A stretch of DNA of 62,797 nt, filler included. It is 11 parts of 11 records of this genome, joined end to end, with 100 filler letters (N's around TTAATTAATTAA, not from the genome) between each part and the next. Parts side by side here need not be neighbours in the genome. Positions count along the whole stretch, not along the records: positions 34,381 to 38,941 come from SRR7504441_3823; positions 39,042 to 42,563 come from SRR7504441_3825; positions 42,664 to 51,828 come from SRR7504441_3832; 8 more parts are not named here. The stretch is one strand, 5' to 3'. Both the position numbers and the translations under genes were made by a program. Below are positions 34,281 to 45,668 of the stretch, piece after piece. Below the pieces are notes generated by a model that saw nothing but the letters and a program-made list of their open reading frames with translations, searched no databases and was not told the DNA's origin. Position 1 is the stretch's first letter. Every line of letters starts with the position of its first letter.

Positions 34281-34494
34281 NNNNNNNNNNNNNNNNNNNN
34301 NNNNNNNNNNNNNNNNNNNNNNNNTTAATTAATTAANNNNNNNNNNNNNNNNNNNNNNNNNNNNNNNNNNNNNNNNNNNNTCGGAGCACCGTCTGTGTCG
34401 GAGCACCGTCGGGCACGCCGCGGAGAAAATAAAAATAAAATAAATCACGAGACTTCATTGACTTGCCTCGCTCGGGCATCTTCAACCTAGAGAC

Positions 34495-35040
34495 ATGTCT
34501 TCATCCGCGCCCCAATCCCTCGCCCGCCAGAACTTCGACGACTCGGTCGAAGCGGCCCTGAACGATCAGATCAACATGGAGCTGTACGCCTCGTACGCCT
34601 ACCAGGCCGCGGCCCGGCACTTTGAGCGGGACGACGTCGCCCTGTTCGGGTTTGCCAAGTTCTTCCAGCACTCAAGCGACGAGGAGCGCGAGCACGCCGA
34701 GAAGTTCCAACAGTACCTCAACATCCGGGGGGGGCGGCTGACCCTCAAGGATGTCAAGGCCCCGCCCACCTTCTACGAGTCCGGGCTGAGCGCGATGGAA
34801 GCCGCGCTGCAGCTTGAGCGGGACGTGAACGAGTCTTTGCTCAACATGCACAAGATCGCAGACGAGGTGCACGACGCCCAGTTCACCGACTTCCTGGAGG
34901 GCAACTTCCTGAACGAGCAAGTAGAGGGGATCAAGCAGATCAGCGACCATGTAACCAACCTGCGCCGGGTCGGAACCGGGCTTGGCGAGTACCTGTTCGA
35001 CAAGCAGACGCTGGGCGGGGGCGAGCAGCTCAAGCTCTGA
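34495..35040 (+). CDS. Eukaryotic-type ferritin with a ferroxidase centre, intronless, no N-terminal targeting peptide
   Basis: RQNF...EAALNDQINMELYASY.Y, GFAKFF..SSDEEREHAEK, RGGR, ALQLERDVNESLL, DFLE..FLNEQVE.IK, GLGEYLFDK. Confidence 0.96.
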   Translation: MSSSAPQSLARQNFDDSVEAALNDQINMELYASYAYQAAARHFERDDVALFGFAKFFQHSSDEEREHAEKFQQYLNIRGGRLTLKDVKAPPTFYESGLSAMEAALQLERDVNESLLNMHKIADEVHDAQFTDFLEGNFLNEQVEGIKQISDHVTNLRRVGTGLGEYLFDKQTLGGGEQLKL

Positions 35041-35640
35041 GGCCGCTCTTTGGATGATTCTTTGGATTACTAGGTACACTCACCTACCGGCTCACAAGTC
35101 GGTCGAGATCGAGATCGAGCACCTATTGCTCTCTCACACCTATTGCTTTCTCAACCTCTACTCAACCCTAGCCCGGCCCTATGCCGGGTTGATTTCTATT
35201 ACGCATGAGCATCTAGTGACTAAAAGATTTGATCAACTAATCGCTGTGATTACTGTGTTTCGCGTACGCTCGACCGGAACAAAAAGTGATGCGTACACGT
35301 GGCGGCTTTTATTACGTACTCGACTACTCGTACGTATGATTAATTTTTGTATGATTGTGGCGCCTGACTGAGTGGGCAGCGCCACGTATATGAGTAATAT
35401 GATGTTCGGTATCATTACATGTATGAGATTTCAATATATGATCATTTCGTAGGGTCGACCGGAGCAGTCGGTACCCTCGAGAACCAGCGCGATATCAATC
35501 GAGTTTGTACTAATGTGACATGGGCCCACAGCACTGATCTGATTGACCGTGCGCCGGCCTCATGGGATGCAGATTGTAGCAACCTGCAAAAGCGCTGTCA
35601 GCCAACGAACATCCCAAGAGAGAAAAACTAAAGCTAAAGG

Positions 35641-38600
35641 TTAGGCTGAAGCGTACCAGAGGTTAGATATCTCCTTCTGCTCAGTGATCTTGTCTGCTTT
35701 CAGGTTTTTGCGCCAGTTGTTGAGCATATTTAATGTGAGCATTTGTTGCCACTTCACAAACGTTCTACTGAGCATGCTCAGGCCACTGTCCATATTTGAT
35801 TGCGATTTGGCCTTGGAGCAAACATTCATCCTCCACGTGCTGAGTAGATTACTGACTGACCTCTGCTGCCAGTTGTTCATGGTCCGACTTATCATGCTCA
35901 GTCCATTCTTCATTGGAAGCGGAGAGCCGGGACCATGACTAGCCATTAAGCGACCTCTCCACTGATCTACCTCTAGATTCAATTGCCACCTGGTGATGGC
36001 CTGACGATAGCCATGCTGCCACATGCTGTGCAGTAAACGGCGGACAGCATGCATCCCGTCCTCGATGCTCTCCAATTTGGCTACTGTGCTACTGTTGACA
36101 ACCATCTGGGAGATGGCTCCCTGTATGCTTGCACTGCGGAGCCAATTGCTTACCGCTCGTAGGCATCGGCTCCATGAATTCCACTGCACTGCCAGGCCCA
36201 TCCAGCGGGTTGCGAGCGAGAGCGTCAACAGCTTTAGCTTGTATAGCTGGAGCTGTTTGAAGATGTCATAGTCTTTATTGATCTGCCAGTTCATCACTGC
36301 ATGGCTCATACCTTGCTGCCAGAAAGTGCGCAGTAACGAGCTACGAGCGAATGAGCTCACAGCACTTGCCAACCGCCACTGCCAGACCAACCGCATAGTA
36401 CGTATCTGATCGTCACTGAGAGTCGTCCCTCTCAGCAGAGCAGACACGAAAGATTTCATAATGGCAGGGCCTCGTTGGGCCGGCTGTGCAACCTGCTGTT
36501 TCTTCAAGGCAGCCTGCTCTACCCGTAAAGACCAGCTGTTCCATGCTGCCGACAGAGCGCGATGCATCATGTGAGCCAAGGCAGCCACTAGCTGCTGCTT
36601 CTGCTCAATAATTTGCGCTGAATGGTCATGTAGCACGACCCAAGCTTCCTTGAGTCGTCTACTTTTGAATAGAGCCTGCAGTAAGATCCTAGTCCCAAGC
36701 ATGACCGGAGCTGTCTCCTGAGCTTCGTAGCAAACCTCTCGCCATTTGTTCCACGATCGCAGTACTTGTGTATTCGCCGCTATCCTCATTTGCAAAGCGG
36801 CATGTCCTGCATCGGCCGCTGCATCTCTCCAGGTTTGCAGACTCCTAGCCTGCCATAAGTTCATCATCCTCAGCAAACCCTTCCGAGCTGTATCCTCTTG
36901 TGCAGTGGCCTCCATGGCGTCTGTGCGCCAAGTGTTCCATGCCGCTTGCAATGCCCTTGTGCACAACATTTGCACAGCACGAGCTAGCCCTGTGCTCCCA
37001 TCCCTAAGCTGCGTTACAAGAAGTCTCCACTGAGTGAAGCTTCCAGCAAGTCTAGTTTGTGCAGAATTGATCCACAAGTTGAGCCAGCCATTCAAGCCTT
37101 TTTGCATGACCTCTTTCCTTGCATTCTTGTCCAACAGAACTTCATACCACGAATCCCAAGCAGCTGCAATGGCCCGTAACCTCATACGTTTCAATGCACG
37201 CGCATGTCTCTGCATCCTTTCGTTCAGCTCCTCCACGCATTCACTCCAGGTGGAAAAAGCTGCTGCTAGCTTTGACTTCATCATCCTCATCAGCATTTTT
37301 CTCAGGAAATTCTCTGCCTCGCTGGCCTCTAGGAAAACACTATGCCATTTATCAAATGCGGCTGACAATGCCCGATTCTTCATCCGTATCAGGATACGCT
37401 GAAGCCTCTGCTCAGCACCCTTACGCTCCGACACGATTTCCTGCCAAGTCTCAAATACAGCTGACAGAGCCCGGTGCATCATGCGCTTCATCGCTCCCAA
37501 CATCCGTCGCTTCTGTTCCACAAGCTCCTCGGCCCAGTCCCGCCAGCTATTCCATGCTGCTGACAGAGCCCGATGCATCATGCGCCTCAAGGCAGATGCT
37601 AACCTCTGCTTTTGCACTTTTGCCTCAGCAGCCTGACCGCGCCAAAGATCAAAGCAAGCTGTAAGCTTCCACTTTGCACTGCGGAGCAGAAGCATGTTGA
37701 CCCGACGCATCACAGCAACGTTTGTTACCAGGTCCAGCTGCCTCTGTTCCTTATAAAGTTTTCTCCAGGCTTCCCAAGTGGCAGAGAAATTGTGAGCAAA
37801 CATGTGGGCAAGCATGTGGACTACTTTCCTCCTTCTTTCTATAACTGCAACATCCCCAGACTCCAGGGCCAGTGAGAATGCCTCCCTCGCCTCTTGCAGC
37901 ATTTCTGTGGTGCGCGGATCCTGGAAAGAGGTCCAGCATATTGCAGCAGGGTTCTTCTTGCTAGCTTTGGCATGTTCGCGCCACCTGGAGACCAAGAACA
38001 GCAATTCAAAGAATCGACCTCGATTACAGTCGTGTAAAGCAGCCAACCATAGTCTCGCGTAGTGATGCATTGTATCTGAAACACCCACAGTGTAATGCGC
38101 ATAGCGGAGCTCCAGGTGGCAGTTGAGCTTCCATTGGTGCAGGTACTGACTAATACCGGCCCAGTAATTCATTTTCCATTGCATTGTTGCTGTCAGCAGC
38201 ACCTGGTGGTAGCGCACATCTGCTGCAAGCCGTATAAAATTCACATACATCTTGCGCAGCCGGGAGCAGAGCAGAGAAGCCTGCATATCTCGAACCGCCC
38301 TTTGTATCTCCAGAACTTGTCCATGCCGCATCATGTTCACTAGCATAGTTACCACAGCCCGATGCGACATGCGTGTGAAGCGCCTCCCTGAGCGCTTCAA
38401 TTGAGTTCCTAGCTTAGATCTCTGAAAGTTCTGGATCATGCATTGCATTGCCGAGAGCTGCGTATGCTGCTGCACTTGAGCCAACATCTGGGTGGCTGCA
38501 CTGTGCCTCAAGTCTCGTATGTTAGTGCTGAGCTTCATGTCTTTTGCAAAAGCTTGCAAGCTCCTCACCGCTCGCTGCAATGTTGAAGTCTGCGCTCTCA

Positions 38601-38941
38601 GTAGCATCCGCATCAGCATCTTGCCCACAGCCTTATCCCTCAAGTCCCGCATGCCGGAATTCAATGCTGCGTGTTGCAGCCTTCTCACTACGCGCTGTAC
38701 TAGACTCGTCCGAGCTTGTTTCAGTATACGCATTAGCATCTTGCCCACAGCCTTGTCCCTCAAGTCTCGGTGCCCGTCACTACGCATGCCCTCTTGCAGG
38801 CTCCTCACTGCTTGCTGCAACGCAGATGTCTCCGCCTGATGCAGCACTCGCGACAGCATCTTGCCCACTGCTGTGCCTTTCAGGCCTTGCAGCTTGGCAA
38901 CTTTTGCACCTTCCTGCAGCCTCCTCACCACACGCTGCACC
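35641..38941 (-). CDS. Sfi1-like Trp-repeat helical protein, intronless, 5'-truncated
   Basis: 1099-aa ORF with recurring RMMHRALSAAWNSW / AAFDKW / AAFSTW motifs at ~33-aa spacing. N-terminal 40-aa repeats (agcatcttgcccac at 120-bp spacing). Confidence 0.6.
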
Positions 38942-39041
38942 NNNNNNNNNNNNNNNNNNNNNNNNNNNNNNNNNNNNNNNNNNNNTTAATTAATTAANNN
39001 NNNNNNNNNNNNNNNNNNNNNNNNNNNNNNNNNNNNNNNNN

Positions 39042-42000
39042 CGCATCCGAGCCTTTTCATCTTGCTCGTTCCACTGGAGATCAGTAGGCCGTGCCTTACT
39101 TTCAGGCTTGGCCTTGGACGGCAGCTTGATCTCCCCACTGAGCAACATCTCTGCCCTCTTCTCCATGGCATCTAGGCTCGGCCTTCGTTTCCTCTCAGAG
39201 GGCGACAGGCTGGTCGAGCCCCTCGTATAAGTATCTGCACGCACAACAGCATCAGTAAGAGCCCATCTGTGCATTCTAACACGGCCTACCTGTACGTCGC
39301 GCTATTCCTCCCGCTGCCTTCGAGTCGCCAGCACTCAACTTCTTCTGATCCGCGACCAACTGCCTGGCTTCTTGAATCCCTCGCAGCGTGTCCGCCTCAT
39401 CCTGCGACAGCACGCCGTCGCTATTCACATCGAAGGTCTCGAAGTCTTTTGCTGTGCCGCCAGACGCAATGAAAGCGTCACGACCCATTCCAACAGCCGG
39501 GCCGTCGCGCGAGCGGCCCGACAGGCTAGTGACCTGCAACCCGGAGGTGGTAGTGGCCCGAGCCTGCGCTCTCTTCCTCCGCTCTTCTGCCACACTGTTT
39601 TGAGTCGCTTCTGCAGCGAGCTTCCTATCAGCTTCAGCAGGCCTATTGCCCAAGCTCGCTCTGCGCTTCTGCGTTGCGGCTTTCCTCTCTTCTGCAGCCT
39701 TAGCCCATTCATGCGCCTTCTTCATCTCCTCCGAAGCCCGTGCTTGCGCCTCCGATTTTCTCTTCTCAGCTGCTTCCTTCGCCCTCTCCATCGCCTTGAC
39801 GTTGTCCTCTACCTTCCTCTGTGCTGCCACTGCATCAGCGCGCTTCTCGGCTACGCTCGGCTCGGCCTTGTTCTCAGCAGCCTGCCTGGCTTCAGAGATT
39901 GCCCTCCGTTTTGGTGAGACCCCGAGCCCTTCGATCCCAAGCCTTGACCGGCGTTTCTCCTCCTCGACCTGCATCACCACGGTTCTCTTGTGAACCGTAT
40001 CCATCTGCTTTCCAGCTTCGGCCATGGTATCCTCCAAATGCTTTCTATCAGCAGCGGCTGCCACTGCTGCAGCTTGAATTTCCTCCAGCAGAGTGTCACT
40101 GCCTGATTCTACTTTTTGTGCAAGAGCAGCTTCAGCTTCTTCCATGGCCATTCTCTCAAGCTTCAGCTGCTCATACTGCGCACGCTGTTGCTCGTATTGC
40201 GCACGTTGCCCTTCAAGTTTCTCTTCTTCAACGCGATTTTCAGCAGCCAACTGCTCGGCGGCGGCGCGCTTCTGCTCTTCCACTCTCTTTTTTACGAGGG
40301 CTTGATGCACATGAGCCTCGCGCTCGCCATGCTCCAGCCTGTCTTTTGCGCTTACCTTGTCATCAGCAGCATACTTGCGTTCAAGTACTTGAGCTTTGAG
40401 AGAAGCTCGATACTCAGCTGCTCTCTTCTGCTGCTCGAGGGCAGCAGCCTTGATTGCTGCTGCTTCTTCAGCTGCCCGCTTGCGATCCTCCTCCCACTTG
40501 GCCTCAGCTGCTGCCCATCGTGCCTCATCTGCCCTTTGGCGTGCGGCCCCCTGCTTTGCCAGCCTCTCTTTCCTCTCTGCAGACCTTTGGTCGGAAATGG
40601 AATACTGTTGTGTGTGTCTCTCACGTGCGGCTTCGGACTTGGCTACCTCTGCCTTCGATCTCACACTCTGTAGCGCGTCGAAGCGTGCGGCAGACCTCTT
40701 CTTTCTGGCATCTTCCTGCTGCAGTAGGGACTCCAGTCTCGACGCCTGGCGCATTGCCTTCTGTGAAGCAGTCATCCACTCGTCAGCTTCCTCGTCGTCC
40801 ACTATACCGGCTTTGGCCTTGAGAATTGCTTCGCCATGAAGCATCATTGCCTCCTCTTCTTTGGCAAGCATGGCATCCGCATTCCGGCGCTTTCTCTCTT
40901 GAGCTTCAGCTGTTATGACCAACGATGCCTTCCGTTTCTCTTCCTCAAATCGGGCCACTGCTGCTATCTCTCTATCCTGAGCGGATAGTTTTGACATTAC
41001 CTTATCCTCTGACTCGGCTTGCAGCCTCTGCTGCTCCGCCAATGTATCCGTTGCGGTGGGTGACTGCCTAAGAGTCAATTCTTTGACAATCATATCCTTT
41101 TCCATGAACTTTTTGGCTTCTTGCAGGATTGAGGCCTCATCTGCGACCATCGAATGTTGCATTTCCTTCCTCCTGTCACGCGCCTTTGATATTTCTTCTT
41201 CCATTGACAGCTTGGCAGCCTCAGCCAGCTTCTCTTCCTCCTCCATCAGCCTTTGCGCCTCCTCCGCCAGCCTTTCGGATTCAGCCTCCCGTGCTTCTTG
41301 CTCCAGACGTTTGTCCTCCATCAGCTTCTTCCTAGCTTGCTCCATCTCCTCTGCGGACATGCCGAGCCTTGGAGAGTTCTCTGGAGTGCCCGCTCTCGAT
41401 CCGCGCCGCGAGTGTGACCGGCTCCGTCTGCCTTCCTCCTCTTTGACCAAGGCATCCCAAGCAGTCGCGTGCCGAGCAGCCCTCTCTGTGGCATCCCGCC
41501 AATCGTCATTTGTATGAATCTTCTCTTCTAGATCACCAATTCTGCGATCGTGAGACAGATCTGCCTCGATCTTGTCATCCATGCGTGTTTTGACGACAGC
41601 TCGTGCGTAATCTGTTGATGAATTTGTATCAGCATGAATCTGATCCTCAAAACTGGCCCACGAATCCATGTCTGTTTTGAATGACGCAACCTCTGCATTG
41701 ACAGCAGCATGGGCATTTTCACGAGCAGAAAGCCTTGGCGAAGACCGCCGTTCAATCTCTCTCTCCAGCTCATCGGCCTTTGCCTTTAAGGCCTTCCTTT
41801 GGCTCCTGGGCGACGAAATCATCTCTTCTTGAACTTGGCAAAGCTCAGAGTTCAGATTCTTGAGTTTACTCACATCAAGAGGAGGAACAGGACTCCTGCT
41901 GCGCTTCACAACTATGACCTTAGTTCCGAACACAGGCATTGTTGCTTCTTTGTCCTCAGGACTAAGATCCTGGCAAACCGGATCAGCATGCAGCGTATTC

Positions 42001-42563
42001 AGGCAGTAGACCTCCTCAGCGGAGTAGCTGCCACCCAGGCTTGTGATCTCTGCTGTAAGCTGCACCGTGGGCAAGTCAGAAGGTTGTTCGCAAGTGGCCA
42101 CGCACCGTCGTAATCCGCTCATTGATCTTCTTCAAGCGCTCTTCTGCTCCCTCATCAGCTCCACCTTGCCCCATTTGACTGGTGAGGATTGCTCGCTCGC
42201 GTTTCAGTCCATTTGCAAGATCAACAAGAGTCTCACACCGAGTTGTATTGATAGCTTCCTGCACAGAATACAAAGTGTGAGAGTGCACAGGGGGCTGGCT
42301 AACCTCCTCTGGCGAAAGAGGCACGTCTTCAGTCATAGAAGCATCCTCCGCTTGTGGTGATTGAGCTTCGTCTGCAACAGCAGGCTCTGCCTTCTGCTGC
42401 TCAACTGGCTTTGGCATAGGTGGAGGCCGACTCTTAGCAGCAGAGCGAGATCTTGGAGGAGCGCCACCTTGAGACCTTGGTTCAGTTGAAGCCAGATCGT
42501 AGGATGCCGCCTTGGGCTCCTGCGGATGCTGTACATTTTCGAGTCCAGCCTTGATCTCAGTCA
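39042..42563 (-). CDS. Large coiled-coil protein with one EF-hand, partial, few introns
   Basis: 948-aa E/A/K/R-rich ORF with FDVNSDGVLSQDE. Adjacent ORFs join through GT-AG introns near 42060-42105 and 42260-42304. Confidence 0.65.
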
Positions 42564-42663
42564 NNNNNNNNNNNNNNNNNNNNNNNNNNNNNNNNNNNNN
42601 NNNNNNNTTAATTAATTAANNNNNNNNNNNNNNNNNNNNNNNNNNNNNNNNNNNNNNNNNNNN

Positions 42664-45089
42664 CAGGGGTTTACGCTGCCCGGCGTGACAATGGTCTGCG
42701 GCGACTCTCACACCTCCACTCACGGTGAACGATGCGCGATTGGAAGGTTTTGACTCCCGAGACAGGCGCGTTTGGGGCCCTGGCGTTCGGCATCGGCACT
42801 TCGGAGGTTGGTGCACTGGGCGCCGGTGTGGGACGAGCCGTGGTGCCAGGTGGAGCACGTGCTGGCCACCCAAAGTCTGATGATGAAGCGGCCCAAGAAC
42901 ATGAAGGTCTCTGCTTTGAATCCGGGCCGCCCAACTCCCACTCGACAGGTCCAAGTAGACGGACAGCTCAGCCCCGGCGTGAGCTCCAAGGACGTGGTGC
43001 TCCACGTGATCGGCCGGTGATTTCGCATGGATGAACCAGATTCGAAACTGTGGCAGGCTCGGGACTGCCGGAGGCACTGGCCACGTGATTGAATTCTGCG
43101 GTTCCGCTGTTCGGGCGATGAGCATGGATGGTGATGGCCTAGACGTGCCCGGCGATGAAGCTGGTGGCAGCGCGGATGTCGATGTGCAACATGTCGATCG
43201 AGGCCGGCGCCAGGTGGTCCCTTGTCATGCACGGCTCTCACGATTAAACAGGGCTGGGCTGGTGGCACCTGACGCTACAACATTCGCGTACCTCAAGGGC
43301 AGGCCGATGGCGCCAACCGAAGGTGCGAAGCTTAGTTATTCCCTCAGTGCCTTGAAGACGTAAATAGAGCGCACTCGACTATAGGACTTGCTGACCCTTT
43401 CACAGGCCCGGAGTGGGAAGCAGCCGTTGCCTACTGGCGTGGCCTGTCAACTGACAATGGTGCCACGTTCGATTCAGAGATCCTTATTGATGCGGCCGAG
43501 GTGCCCATCCTGGCTCGATCCGAATTTAGTTTGGGCAGGTGGCACCAACAGTCACATGGGGCACCTCCCCGCAAGACGTAGTGAGTATCCAGGAGACCGT
43601 GCCGACGCCAGAGTCATTCGCGGACCCTCAGCGGCAAGCGGCTGTCCGCCGGTCGCTAGAGTACATGGGGCTGGAGCCGGGTACGCCGATGGATCAGATC
43701 AAGATTCAAAAGGTTGACCGGAGCCCTTGTTAGCCGCTGAGCATGACCTGTGCAGGTGTTCATTGGTTCGTGCACCAACAGTCGAATAGAAGATCTGAGG
43801 ATCGTGGCCGCGCTGGTCAAAGGCAAGACTGTTGCCGAGGGCGTGCAGGTCGGCCCAGCTCGCACTGTCTCGGTTTGGATTCAAAATTGTGCAGGCGTTG
43901 GTGGTGCCCGGCTCAGGACTTGTCAAGCAACAAGCCGAGACGGAGGGTCTGGCGGCAGTGCTGATGGAGGCCGGGTGAATTGAATCGAATTCAAGTAGAT
44001 GAATTGTGTGGTGGCAGCTTTGACTGGCGGGAGCCTGGCTGTTCGATGTGTCTTGGAATGAATCCAGACAAGCTGGTGCCTCAGGTAACTCAAGATTCAA
44101 TGTTGCACAAAACTGAGACACTCGTGTGGCAGGAGCGCTGCGCATCCACATCCAACCGCAACTTTGAGGGGCGGCAAGGCCCGAAAGGCCGGACCCACCT
44201 CCTGTCGCCTGCCATGGCTGCGGCCGCTGCAGTGACCGGCCACCTCACCGACGCCCGATCGATGCTCAGCAGCCAGACCCGAAGCAGAAGCCACTCAACT
44301 GTCGAGCTCGAGCCGGTCAGCGCGCCGCCAGTGGATTTCGAATTCAAACCTGTCGAGACCGCAGGCGAATCTGCGCCGCAGGCTGCAGCGGGGATGCCTC
44401 CGCTAACGTCTGTGGAGAGTGTAGCGGCGATGATTGATTTGGAGAATATCGACACTGATATGATAATACCAGCCAAGTTCCTCAAGACAATCAAGCGAAC
44501 CGGTCTGGGCGTCTCGGCGTTCTACTCGATGCGGTACCTTGCGGACGACACCCCAAACCCTGAGTTTGTCTTCAACAAGGCCGAGTATGCAGGCGCTCGT
44601 ATCCTTGTGGCTGGTGCCAATTTCGGTTGTGGATCGTCGCGCGAGCATGCCCCCTGGGCTCTCAAGGACCTGGGTGTCATATGCGTGATTGCGCCCAGCT
44701 TTGCCGATATCTTTTTCAACAATTGTTTCAAGAATGGGATGCTGCCACTTGTGCTGCCACTGGAGCAGGTGCGGACGTTGATGGCCGCTGCTGGCGACAA
44801 GGAAACGCTCAACGTTGATTTGGAGGCTCAAACAGTCACACGAGTAGCAACTGGCGACAAGTTTGGATTCGAAATCGAACCGTTCAGGAAGCTCTGCTTG
44901 TTACAAGGCCTCGACCACATTGGAGTCACGCTCCAAAAAGCGACCAAACTCAATCAATTTGAAGAGCAGAGGGCGTCGGTGATGCCGTGGCTGAATGGTG
45001 CCATCGCCAAGGCGTCGCCCTCCTTGGAGCCCTCCTGTCAACGAGAAGGTGGCTGCGGCTGTGCAGACGGTGAAAACAAGGCTTGGTGA
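42664..45089 (+). CDS. LEU1: 3-isopropylmalate dehydratase with fused large and small subunits (LeuC-LeuD, LEU1-type), 5'-truncated
   Basis: [58 protein letters not shown] and [16 protein letters not shown], then in frame [26 protein letters not shown] and [14 protein letters not shown]. Confidence 0.95.
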
Positions 45090-45668
45090 GCACAGCGGTG
45101 TGGCGAGTCTCGGTGCGGCTGCATTGAACTTTCGATGGTGAGCTCTAATGAATTCATAGATCGGATTGTCGAGCAAGTTTCCAGCTCAATGTTCACGAGT
45201 ACGAGTGCGAGTACGCAATAGTTCACTTGATAAATTGTAAACGCTTGGTGCCCCTAAGGCACGGAGCGTGCGTCTTGAAACTAGCGTCGACTTCTTAAAT
45301 TGATTAACGCTGGATTGATATAGGACATTGCAGTCGACCAACGTGTATAGTAGACGTGGTACGTGATGAAATCTTACAAGTACATGTACCGCCGGCCGTC
45401 AGACCCGAGTTCTCCAGATCTAGACTCCAGGGCTTCGCCGCCCGCGAACTGTTTGGTAAAGCGCTGGACCTCAAGTGAGCATGTCGGTTATCGCCTGCAG
45501 GTAGTCCTCATGCACGTGGTCCCCGTCTGGCGTCCACATTGACGCACCGGCCATCGCCCAAGCGGGCCAAGGCGAGCCACAGCTTCGCGCGAGTCGTTCA
45601 TCCCACGCCAAGTCGTTGGTCCCAACCAGGTGGCAGAATAACGGCGATCGCTTGCCGCGAAGGGAAAG

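Noticed and set aside
34440-34494. Iron-responsive element upstream of ferritin
   Set aside because: There is a cttcaac similarity but no CAGUGN loop and no stem.
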